DNA of 64,000 nucleotides from Lingula anatina (taxonomy: Eukaryota; Animalia; Brachiopoda). Numbering within the stretch: position 1 is the stretch's first letter; the number at the start of each line of letters is the position of its first letter. Shown piece by piece: positions 12,303 through 25,000 of this stretch. The stretch lies in assembly GCA_051362555.1 (NCBI GenBank), contig CM120640.1, positions 11,470,001 to 11,534,000 on the forward strand, in the 5' to 3' direction. The notes under the pieces were generated by a model, which searched no databases, was not told the origin of the DNA, and saw only the letters and a program-made list of their open reading frames with translations. Position numbers and translations under genes: made by a program.

Positions 12303-13225
12303 TGAATAAATTAATTATCAGCTTTGTCATAGCCAATAATGTTTCCTTCTGTCATCTGAAAAAGCAGAAGAAACATTTTCATATAATATATATCAAATTG
12401 CGCTGACAATATTGGCAAAAACAAAAAAGATATGTGCCGATAGGCCTATAGGCCTATTTAATTATAATCGAATAATGATTGGTGTTTACGGAATCACGGA
12501 AACACTGTTGGCCTTAAAAATTGTATTCAAAAATATTTTGTATCTTTCTGGCAGAAGGAAGACAGAAAAATAGAAATGGTAGACAACTCCCTTTCCTTCT
12601 AAAACAGCAGCCCACTATAACTTTTACACAGGTGAAGCATGAGAACGCTATTTCGATAGCAGATGTTATTATATGGCACTCTCCAGTATCTATCATTAAT
12701 TTGATACGGTTTGATAACGTTGTTTGTGCTAGCTCAGCTCTGATAAAAGCGCTGGCGAAAAAGGCACTGAAACGAATCTAAATTTGGATGGGGTTACGTT
12801 GATAACGCTATTTCGCGTTCGCTGAGACACATTAGAAAGTTTTAGATATGACTAAGCGTATCCTTTCTTGAAATAGGGATTAATAGTGTCTAATCGAAGA
12901 AATGTATTCAGATAGTTTCAAGGCGGGGAAAGATCAGCAGAATGATTGACTTAGTTAAAACGAATCAACAAATGAGTTGTTCGACCTCCATACGTCCAAG
13001 CGTGTCGTGACTGGTGACCAGACGACCAGTGTGTTTTGAAGGGCGAGCTGACAACTTCTCATTCGACAAAATATTTATCACAAGCAGGGAGTCGGCAAAT
13101 AGTTTGTCCTGGTGGCATAATTAGGCTGTCCTCATATCTAGACTATTCATCAGGGAAATAGACCACATATAAGACTTACATGCACAACCAGCATTTTAAC
13201 TACACGGTTTTTAAATCGAAATAGG

Positions 13226-16193
13226 ATGGTATATTATGGTGTACGTAGCTAGGCTACTTTCCTAAACTTGATGATATTTCTGGCCTACCTGACGCACCTG
13301 CCAAATCCGTAATATGTATCGATCACGGGAATACGGCATTTTGGAAAGGCCAAAGAAATATTTTGGCACTGCTCCTCTCTTTTTAAGCAAGACTCGGGTT
13401 GGATGGACTGTATGCCGTGTATACATCTTTGGGAATGGATACGCGACCCAGATGGTTTAGTAGAAGACCAGCCAAACAACGTCCGTTTCGATGTTGATTC
13501 GGAAAACGTACAAATTGACTTACATTCGGATATGGCACAGAAAGTGCTTGACGTTGAAACATTGTTGAACATCACGCCTATCACGGGTGAAAGTACCGAC
13601 ACAGTTCAGAACGCCTGTAGGGATGCCTTAATACAAATAGTCAAGAACCAGAAACCTGTTCACGAGACATTTTTCTCATTGTCATCTCCTCATTCTGTGG
13701 AATCTCGTTTAAATGCCGAATATTTTGAATTGGATTATTTAGCCACGATCTTTACCTGTCAGGCATTAGCATATGGGAATGATGAGTTCAAGTTCCATAC
13801 CATGATTGATGCCAAGAAAGTAGAGGAAAAACTGCGCGATATTTACGAAGGCCTACATTGGAAAAAGCTAGGTGAGTCACTGTTGTATCCTGTTGTTTTT
13901 ATCAGGTGAACGAGATTTTAATGAACGTCCGTATACAACGTTTCCAAAATAAACATCTTTTCAGTCTACTAATTTTGGTGGAGCTCCTCATCTTAATAGC
14001 ACTTTCGGTTTTGGGGATAAAGATTGCCCTACCCCTCTCTTGGTTGTAGAACTTGGATTTATTTGGAGATAAACGAGGTATTATCAACTCAGAATATTGA
14101 CCAGATATTTCATGATAGCTGTCACCAGATTAGGCCTACCGTGAGAAAGGTGTTGGACTGCAGGGGGTGGGTTTGGTAATCCTTAAAACCTTAATTAGTA
14201 AGGCCAGACAAAATTGAAAAGTTGGTGAACGTCACAATGCATGGTCGATAGACAAAATTCATTTTTGTTTTGAAACATACCGGTAGGCTATAATGTTAAA
14301 CGAACATGTAAGCTAAATTTAAGGACTGATATTTTTCCTGTGGAGGAAATATATGAAGTCTACAATGTTGGTGATTTTGGACCATAAAATCATAAAATTG
14401 TAAATATCCCCTGCATACCAGACCAAGAAGCAATGTATTTTCTCTATCTGGAAAAAAATGATAAGTGTGTGCAAAAAAAAAAAAAAAAAAAAAAAAAAAA
14501 TTATTTCCTTGATGGAGGTTGGTCGCGCTCGCTATCGTTAATTTGTCCCAGTGTAACGAAACTGAGGGTCAGTGTAACAGAAAGTCCGCCCTCCACTGAG
14601 TTATAATGGTTAGCCTGACCTAACTGGGTCAAAATCTACGGCAAGACTTACCTGTACATATGGCTGGGAGGTGGACTCTCTGTTATGGGGGACTCTGTCA
14701 CGTTTCACCGGTTAAGACGTCGACTAATTTATTGTTTGGGGTTACTAACTACTGGAGATGCTAAAATGCTTCAATTACAATGCACCTGAATGATTTTACA
14801 AAATAAGATAAATATATTCAATGTGATGAAAGCACACATCAACACCATCAGTAGTGCTCCAACGACCTTGTCTGGGAAAAAGATGATAATGATTAACCAA
14901 AAAATCTCTTAATACATATGTAATCTCTCATTTTATACAGGTATCACTTTGTATACGGCGATGTATCCTGACATAGCAACTGATCCTAGGTCAGGGATCA
15001 CTCTCAGAGATTTCCTCCTCGATGGACGGTAAGCAGGTTTCTTTTTCAATTTTTTTCCGTGTGTGCACTTTATGCATGATTTTTACGGCTTTAGTCATTA
15101 AATGTTGCCATGGACAAACGTACCGTACCGTTTGTCCATAATGTTACCAAAGAAGAAATTATTATTATTATTATTATTATTATGTTTAGTAAATAAAAAA
15201 AAAATATGAGTTGATAAAATTCTCCTTTGTACAATTTATTTAAAAGACCTGCAGTGAGGTCAAATTGATGTTTTCATTTTAGATATAAATGGTCAGCAGA
15301 ACTGACTAAGCATATCATGACAGATCAGTGGGCCTCCCAAACAATGAAAAGCATCATCCAAGGCAAGTGCTCGGAGTCAAAGTACAACAATGAAATGAAT
15401 GTGATATTCATTAAACTGCACATCTTGGATCCGAAGTCAGTGATGCCGTTGTACCAATACCTACTGGGACGACGAGGTACGTTTGTTGGTGTTTAAAACG
15501 TTACAAAGAGTCCAATTGAGCGGGTTATGATATCTTATTATAGCGAAATATTGTATTAAAGAGCCCTTAAGATGTTTGCATTGATTTCATGGCAAATAAT
15601 TTAATTCTTGTGCAATACAGGTGGAAAGATTACAGACTGTAATTTTGTGCAACACGACAAAAAGATCGTGGTTGTAAAAATACTGAAGGATATGCTCGAC
15701 TACATTATAGAGAACAAGCAAATTGTGGAACGCTTCTGAGAGAGCATTTGTGCGCTTTTCATTCCTTATTTCAGTGGTGTATTGAGAGTTCTTCTTGACA
15801 AAAATTTGCCTGTATAACTTTTATCTTTAAGGCGGATATGCTAAAAACTTGGACATAATAACGTAATTTTGTCCATGCTAAAAACAAAAATAAATAAATA
15901 AACGGATATATTTTTCAGAATTGCCGAAGTTGAACCTTGAACTAGCAACAAAGAACTACCTCGGGGGCCCTCTGGATTGGACAAAAATCCACGAAGATGT
16001 TCAAGCAGCCATTCATAAAATGACAATCCCGGCAAACATTTCTAGACTTACACTGGGCGAGGTAGAAGTGTACCACGGAGTTGAAGTTATTGAATTTATA
16101 ATGGATGAGCCTAGAGAACTTGGCCTCTGGACCACAGAGGCACCAGACAACAAACGCGTACAGAGACCTAAAGACAGGTGTCATATTATGTAG
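13226..16193 (+). pseudogene. Unrecognised 5-exon gene (~393 aa from Met 13403) with an in-frame TGA; probable recent pseudogene
   Basis: Exons 13403-13871, 14941-15028, 15283-15476, 15621-15776 and 15919-16193 splice in frame (phases 1,2,1,1). TGA at 15737-15739 interrupts exon 4. The same frame upstream (ATG 13226) contains TAG 13250 and TAA 13310 around a hydrophobic stretch. Confidence 0.65.
14548..14711. mobile_element. Short MITE-like insertion in intron 1 of the unknown gene
   Basis: Imperfect inverted ends CCAGTGTAACG...TAACAGAAAGTCCGCCCTCC / GGAGGTGGACTCTCTGTTA...CGTTTCACCGG. Confidence 0.45.
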
Positions 16194-17070
16194 AAGCATC
16201 CTGTATTTGAAGGATTTTTGTTACCGTCCATTTTAAATGCAAAAAGAAAAAGAACAGTTGATCGTTGAAATCATCGATGCGTTGATAACCTGTACGTGCA
16301 CGTGTCTTTTAACTTATCAGCCATCTAACGCACGATGGCGTTTGGATTTTATATACTGTGAAACGAAGTGTAAATACTAATAGAATGGTCCTGATGTCGT
16401 TTCAAGTATAAAACACACGGCATATCCAAGGGATCCATCATCAACTTTTTATGACGTACTATGCATGACTGAAAAATGAATTTTTCAGTTCAGTTTGTGT
16501 ACATGTGATATGAGCCTTCCTTGATATAACTGTATATTTTATACTCACCGATTCTATTGAGGAAAGTTAGAAATGAACAAAAAGTATTATGATCGAAAGT
16601 GTACCACACCAGATCTACGCATAACAAAGACCTATTCAATAGCGACGTTATCCCAATACTAAGAAATACTACACAGAGAAGTATCAATACAAGAGCTTGG
16701 TGCAATAAACGATATAGGACCAATACCAGATACTGGGGAGGGCCTAGCTGGCTTGTATCTTCCCTTAGTTTCTGAACCTTCTGAGATTTGCCAATCCCCC
16801 CCCCCCTAAAAAAAAACTATTACAATATAACAAGCAAAGCGAGATGAAACTCAAGACTTTTCAACCCTGTGTCTTACATTATATATAGTAAATTGTCCTC
16901 GTCGACTTTTTTTTTGCTAGTCGACCAGTTTTACCTTTATCTCTCCTCTGCCCCAAACAAAACCCTGGATCCGCTAGTGAGGACAAAAAGTAATTTGTTT
17001 GCTGAAGACATCTTGTTTGATTTTATCATTGAGCTGTCTTGGAGATGGTAGATGGTGTCATGTTGTGTAC

Positions 17071-17242
17071 CAGGCCTGTAGCCAGCAATCTCAAAAGGGG
17101 GGCGTCTTTTTCTGAAAAACTGGACCTTTTACCATGAAACCTTCGTGCACCTAGATAAAATTTTACCCAGAAGGAACCTTTTCCTGGCAAAAGGGGGGGG
17201 GGGGTCTTTCGAACTCCCCGAACCACCCTGGCTACGGACTCG
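17071..17242. mobile_element. GC-rich MITE with a 5-bp TSD
   Basis: Termini CAGGCCTGTAGCCAG / CTGGCTACGGACTCG, with TGTAC duplicated at 17066-17070 and 17243-17247. A related end recurs near 18218. Confidence 0.65.
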
Positions 17243-19046
17243 TGTACACAACCCCGAAAACAATAATTATAGTCGAAGGAGAGAACTGTGGTAAAATTGG
17301 ACTTGAAATAAAGAATCTGAATATTAATTTTGTGGGCAGAACTTGAGTTAATGAATACGAAAACACCACAATTCTAGATTTAACAAACGCCAAAGGGAAC
17401 GTACAGATTTTGTGGCTTTAACAAAAAAAAAAAAAATTACAAAAAAAAAAAAAAAATTACAAAACCCTATACTTAAAACTCGTTTAAGTTTCATTTATCA
17501 GACCCAAAATGTTGCTTTTATAATCCTGTTTAACAATTTCTATATTATTAGTTTTGTTTAAATTTTTACCAAACCAGAAGAGACTTTAAACATGTAAAAG
17601 GTTTTTAAAGAGTTTTTTCTTCAACTGTTCCTTGTTTTTACTCTAAATTCTAATCTTTAATTTTTTTAACATATTGATAAATCTATCATTTTATTTTCAC
17701 ATCATACACTCCAATTATTTTAGCCATATTTCAGTTTTAAGAGCTCCGACAGAAACCAATTTCTGGTGTGTATATATTGGCTGCATTAATCATTCATATT
17801 AAAAGTATTGTAGGCCCTACTGGTGCGTAGGAAACAAATTTTATCTGTGTGCGTGTCAGGAGGGGCAACCATTCAGAAAACAAAGGCTACAGATCTGGGA
17901 TTTCTTTCTAGTTTTTCTTACCCGGTTGTCTTAACCCTACACCCACCCTCTTCCTGCAATTATGACAAACATAGTTAAATAAAGGGGGAGGGATAAGTCC
18001 CATTGACCCTCAGGTCTTGCGTTTTTGTAGGACTACGGATTTTAGCCATATGGCTATAAAGTTCTACAAAAATGACAACGTTAAATTAATTAACCCAATC
18101 CTTGCCACAGTCTTCGGCCTTAGCGATTTGAAATGTTTTCGAAAGAATATCGGCCAGCACGTTAACCGACAACTAGGACAGAAGATATATTTTGGGTCCT
18201 AGCCGACAAGTAGCTTAGCAGGCCCGTAGCCAGCAATTGCAAAAGGGGAGTTCTTTTTCGGTGTAACAGAAATGGAAGTCGTAGTCTGCTTCCTATTACT
18301 TTGTACAGGTGACATTCGTCGTGTATACTAACCCCAATATTCAAACTAACCCTAACCTGTACTTATCATATGCAGGGGTAATCCTAGAGAGGGGTAAGAA
18401 ACGTCCATTGTTCTCGTCAGTGAGGCTAACCGAATTCAGGGTATGTACGCACAGACAGAAAACTATGTATTGTGGGAACGTTACTAATGAAGCCACTGGT
18501 AGTACTAGTAGATATCAGTCTGTAGGCTAGAACAAGCACCTCGTTGACGAGTGAACAGTTGTCAAAAACAAAAGACCCAGGTGTGGTAGATCGACTACTG
18601 TTCGCGCGTGCCGCAAAGACGAAGCCTAATTGCCCCTCAAGGTCACAAACTAATATCCGGTGCTTACGGTTAGGCTCGTCATAATCATATAAGTAGCGCG
18701 TTCCCACCCCCTGTCATATGGGAGCCCGGACTTCCATTCCTAGGATTTCAATTCCTGTCACACCGGCACGGCCACTCTGACAGGTGTGAATGTACATGTA
18801 GAAGCAGTTACAGACAGGGCTTTTCCCCACTTCTCTCAATTGCAGAGCTTTTGAACATCAGTTAAATAGTTTCGGATCATGGAAATTGATATCTTATAGT
18901 GTTTCCTTTTGATATTTTCTGAACAAAAAACAGCATTTTTACTTTATTACATTAAAACTAATATTCATTAGAAATAATTGAAATAAAATGTATGTTTATG
19001 TAATTCGAAAATATACGAAGAAATTATAATAGCTTAAAATGGAATT

Positions 19047-22000
19047 ATGGCTAGCTGTGGAAGCAGGCCGCGAGGTTCAAAACTTTCAAGTTCTGCCAAA
19101 GAAAAAGAGGACCAAATGAATAAGCACAAAAGGCAGTATAATGTCCTTCCAAAGATTTTTAACCGCGAGGTATGTATAACGAACTCGTATTGCCAACCAA
19201 GGTTAATATCCAATGTGAAAACCGCGTGCGGATTACTACACTGCACTGTCCACTTAGCGTTCTTCTAAATGTTGTGGAATTTATGTGGTAGGCTGCGTGC
19301 CATAGTCACTTATACAATGTCTTATGTTTAACATGTGCTTAATAAAACTGTTTAAGATATTCAAATATTTAATAATAATGTAATCAGACAAAACCAAAAG
19401 CCAAAATAATGTTGCACAACAAGATAATACCATCCACATATCCAGGGGGCCGTTTCACGAAGCAGTAGTTAGTTAGCGATCGGTAGTTAGCCTCTCGCTA
19501 GTTATGAGTGCCATTTCACGAAGCTATCGCTAGTTCGCTCGCTCTTTATTGTGTTGTTGTTACCTTGGATATTTAAGGACTGGTCAGACCAGTCGCTAAC
19601 TCTAGAGTTTCATCGTACGCATGCATAATGAATGAAATAGAAAGGTTGCTTAGATACTGTTGTCTTTGTATCCAATATGGCGACGACTTTTCTTGTTATC
19701 TGTACCGCCAGACGGCAACGTAGACTACAATGTTTTCATGAAAGGCAGAATCTTTTAGAATATACACACAATGATGCAATTTACGAGAGGTTGCGCCTAG
19801 CTGTGACAAAAAGAGCGGCAAAAAGGTGGTGGAGATCCTTTACGATGGCCTCAAAGCAGATGTTCTTATGCATTTCCAGCCGCCAAATATTGGAGAGTTA
19901 GTGTTTTGGCAACACTTTTACGCAAGAGTTCCATTTCCGATAAGCTGTTTCGAGACTACAGTGAGTAACAAGAGAAATAAAGACCGAACTTTACGACTGA
20001 ACTTGGCGAGGAGTTAATGACTGCTTCGTGAAACACCCATAAAGTTTCCTAGTTAGCGAGATAGTTCAGTAGTTACTTATTCTAACTAACTACTGCTTCG
20101 TGAAATGGGCCCCAGTATAACTTGATGTATGTACATTGTACAAGCAAATTTAATTCAACTTATTATAAGAAAATGATGAAGATTAGCCTCTGGACTTTAA
20201 TGTTAGCATGTAACTTGTTGTCTATGGGATTTTTCACAATGAATTTTTGCTGACCTAGCTCATGTGCACTAACTCCACAGGACTTGCTGAATGCAATCAT
20301 ATTTAGAGACTAACACACCTTTCCTGGCATTGAGTAGAGTATAGAAAAATTTTTATACAAGCACGTTGGAAACAAGAGGAAGTGATTATATGAGCTAGGA
20401 AGATGATCATTAGTATGTTGGAAACAAGAGGCCTGTTTATCCGATTACATTCACCAAGAGTCCCCATGGAGTTACTGCATGCACATCAGCTAGGTTGACA
20501 AAATTCCTTGTGAAAGGTCCCTATGAATGTAGATATTTTTTTAATCTGCCTGCCTAATGTTAAATATCATCAAATATACCCAGGAAAATGTAGTGTGATG
20601 CTCTTGTTACTAATTTCCACTTTTGGATTTGTCTTGACAGTAGACAGAATGCTTTCCTTCAAAATTTGTGACATTTGTTCATCTAATGGAAATTAATATT
20701 ACAGTGGTAAAATGGAAAAAATATTACAGTGGCAACCCTTGAAGACTTGATCATAACTATTTTGAAGTATGATTTCAAAGCAAACTTTAAGTCAATTTAT
20801 ATTTTAGATGTATGGCAGTTTACACAAGCACCATCGTAGCTATCCCATGAAAATCTTCAATAAGATTCCAGGACGTTTAGGTTTTCAGTTATCTACACTA
20901 GTAGACCGTACAGTATTACAGGATGGGTAAGGAGTAATATTTGAACAGAAAAAGTTATAAATGTACACAAATATTTCATTGTATCTTATCTTAATATTGC
21001 TCACCAAAAAAGATCAATATAAAAAGATTAATACATAGTAACTTATGCTTAAAGTAATTCAGCGTGGTTGCTTGTTTATACCAGGTAAACTCACCCTGAG
21101 CTTCAGAGATAACTTGACACTAACCTCTTCACAATAGCCTATCTTCATCCTGTCAAGTTACCTCTGACGAAAATAGTTTGACCTAGTTTATATAAGCCAA
21201 TCGAATCCAAGTTTCAAAATTTTTCACCAAAGTTTGGTGAAAACGCTGATTGGTTGACCGTCAATCGGTAATCCTCGGCTGATTCCGCAAGCTCCATACT
21301 AACAAAAAAGTTATTGTCGAGTGCAGAGACATCCGAGTAGTGCCGAGTGCATAACCGTACACAAAGAAAGCATGGCGTCTTCTACGAGTGACTACGTAAA
21401 ATAATGAGTTAAGTTATCTCTTGATTCTTTGCAAAATATGAGTATATCGGAATTGAAACCAGAGCAGTTTGAGGCCCTGCATCATTATCTACTGAGGGAT
21501 GATGTATTTTGCGTGCTGCCCACAGGTTACGGCAAGTCCCTGATATTGAGCCTTATCTCTGATTGGTCCGGATTTGAACAAAGCGTGCTTTGACTCGTTC
21601 GCGTTCATTGGCTAGATCGTTCAATGGGTCATTGAGTGCGGGCTTTAAATTTGATTGGCGGGCGGCGGGGGCAATCGAATGTGGTCAGAGGTAACTTGAC
21701 ACGATAAAGATAGGCTATTGTGAAGAGGTTAGTGTCAAGTTATCTCTGAAGCTCAGGGAAGGTAAACTATATATTTATAGTAAACTATATGTTATATATG
21801 TTATATTTTTCCTAGCCATGTGTTCCTGGGCTTTACCAAAGATGGGCAGTATGTTTTATCTTATACAGTAACAGTAGAGGCTGATGAGCATTCGGCATAT
21901 CCAATATATGTTTACAGGCTACAGTGGTGGCTCTTTCTGCCACACAAACCAATGACCAAGGTTTGTGGATTTGGTGTTGATTTTCTCTTTTTTGTAAAAT

Positions 22001-25000
22001 ATAGTTCTACTTAATGTACAGAACAGCTAATAAAATAATGTTTGGATAAAAATTCTTATTAATATAATCATTTATTTAAAGTGTTTTCAGTAAAATTTTT
22101 TCTGTTCATAAATATTTTACTGGTAAGTTTTTTCTCTTTGTTTTCATGTGACTTCTTTCTCTGCCATTTTACCTCAAATAAACAAATATTTGTGTTACTC
22201 ATATATCTTGTCTTAGGTGTCTGAAGTTAGACTGTTTGGTGAAGAAGAAATTCAGCAAGACTTGTACATAGCAGTATGTCAGTGGTCCACAGATTCCAGG
22301 AAGATACTGGTCTATGGATACTGGTCAGTTCTTCCATCAACTTTTAAATATATCATTTCATATGGCTGCAAATGTATTTAGAGCTTACAATTATTTAAAA
22401 TAAACTTGGCTTCCAATGTGGTATGACATTAAATTTTCAAAATAAATGAGAAAAAAAGTAATTGATTAAAAATTCACTTTCTCATTATTTGGTTGGGCCT
22501 ATAGTGTACCCGATGATGATGAAGAAAAAAGGCAGTGTTATATTACAATCACTGCAGCACCACCTTCAGTGCCTTGTCAACAGTGTTTGCAGCTGATGGA
22601 GAACATGAGTAAGTTGCATCACACTCTGATGGAGCAATTTTAAGATAAAAAGCATTCTTTAATACCTGAAACAAATTTTAAATATTTGTTTTTCTGATCC
22701 ATGCCAAGCTCCTTTATTTAAATTTGGGAAAAAATACCAGAGCAAATTAAATGAAAATACTGAAGCAAGTTGAAAAGAACTCTGTAATTTTTTGCGTGTG
22801 AATGTATATATAGTACACTCTGTCCTTCCTACAGGTGAATCTCTGGAAGACGAAAGAGGAATACCCAAGAGATGTCTGGTGCATGGATTTGCTGTTCACA
22901 CCAAGTACGAACTTGCACCTCCATATCCTGCCTTTGCACCAAAGACTGTGTTAAAGATAGACGGTGTGGTAATACTCAATACTGGAGATTCTCTCATTGC
23001 ATTGAGTACAGAATTGACAAACCAACAGCAGAGGTCAATTCAGACTTTGTTTTCTCCAAAGCCACTAGGTGCCACTTCTGATCAGGATGAGCCCATGTTT
23101 GGCACTCAGATCTCTTCCGACTCAGAAAGACCAGATACTGATGCAGTATATTTTGATGCTCAGGTTCAAAGTCCAGTTGGGATGTATATAGACTGCTCAA
23201 CAGACATGCGCATGAATGTGCAGAGAAAATGTGTCAGACAGTTGAAAATTCCACTCAGTCCAGCACAGAACAGTCACAATTGGAGTAATCCAAATTCCCC
23301 TAGGGCTGGGTCCAGCCAGGTGCCACAGAGCCCAGGGAAGTTGCTCATGAGTCCAATTTCACCAGTGTCTCCAAAATCTCAGGGAAGATATGTTATGTCA
23401 CATTCTCCATGTGGTGGAAACGGGGGACACAATGCAGAGTGCCTGTCTTACCACCCAGACAAGGAAAATGATGGAAACTTCACAACGTGTTCTTGTCCAG
23501 CAACTAACACTAGTGCTGTTCTGTGTGGGAGTGCCAAAGATGACAGTGATTTGTATGTATTCCAGCCAGATGTTGGTGTAGAAGAACAGAGGAGGCCTCA
23601 CCGTGTGGTTGCTGAACCTAGCTATTTCTCCCCTGAGAGAGATGATCCCATGGAGGATGGGCTTCAACCAGAGAGCAATATCCAGTTTCAGTCTGCTCAA
23701 ATCTCAGGCACATCTGAGCTTCCAAGCCCTCCTATTCGCATGGTTGGAAGTCCAGGGAGGGCTCTTCCCTCAAGGCTTCTCTGTGATAACCCACCTAGTC
23801 ATTATTATGGTGCTGAAAGAAGCATCCCTGCCTCCCCTGGGGTAGGGTACAGCAGTGAAACCAGTTCTGTAGCCAGTAGTCCTGGTCCTATAGTGTTACA
23901 GAATGACAGTCAGTGCTTTACCTACTCAATACGTAGGTATGTGGAAAGTATGGAAAGAGGGGAAGGCCAAGAAGCTGAAGGTGAGCTTTAGCAGTTAAAT
24001 GAGGCTCATATGGTGGTGTATGTATAAGGAATATTGGGAAAGTCTTAATATATGTGTAGCAGTTCAAAAGGATAGCAAGTACTTGTATTTATGTAAAAGT
24101 AAGTCATATGCATATTATATAATATTATATGTAAATAAAATCCTCATCAAGTTTGTATTTATTTTAAATATTATAATCATACATTACAGATGAATCTGTA
24201 TATAACAACATGCTTCCACTGGAAGTCCATGGGGGAGGTTACCAACATATGAAGATGATCAACAATAAGAATGAGGAGTACAAGGTAAGAGCATTATGCC
24301 TGCTGACAGGTGTACTTACATTGTAAGTGAAACATGATTGGATATAAATTTATGGCTTGGATTTAAGGGAGACTAGATTAAGAGATAAAAAAAAATTACA
24401 GTATGAAAAAAAAACTGAAACTGATAGACCCGGAACATTCATTACTTTACATTACAATCCACTTTCATTTAAACATATCTTCCTTTTTTAGCCTGGTCTT
24501 ATAGTAAAGCAGTTGAGTTTAGATGTGGAGCATTACATAGCAGACACCATCAAACACCATGCTGAGTGGGGCCAGAGATATATTGCCTTCACAGATTATG
24601 ATATGCAAATATTGGAGGTATATACAGAGTATTCTATGTGACACTATACTAAGTTAAATCTGTCACATTAAGAAATAAGGAAACATCTAGTTGTAAAAGG
24701 TTTAATGTCTTGTATAAATGGGGTCATTTAAGTTGTCTATTTGGTCCCAGGTTTGTCCTACCACATGCAGTGTAGTTGTGATGGTGCTAGCTCTGATTCA
24801 AGCAAGGACTCCAAAATCCACTAGTTCCTCAAGGCAAATGGGGTAAGATATAACATGGCTTATATTACATGTTGATTTGAAGGGAATGGAACGCATATTT
24901 ATGCAAGTGAAAGTAAAGGATCTATCATTATTTAGTTTATTTAATTATTGTCTCTTCAAGCAGTGTTAATTCAAACACTATTTAAGTTGTCGTTAAAGTT

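Noticed and set aside
13285-13602. Minus-strand ORFs here and at 15942-16199, 23398-23700 and 55627-55830
   Set aside because: They are antisense or alternative-frame shadows of real coding exons.
15737-15739. Confident selenoprotein call
   Set aside because: There is no canonical SECIS and no redox motif context, and additional upstream in-frame TAG/TAA favour decay.
18280-18812. Academ-like MITE or 93-aa ORF upstream of DCAF15
   Set aside because: The terminal match (CTGCTTC/GAAGCAG) is too short, there is no clear TSD, and the ORF has no recognisable motif.
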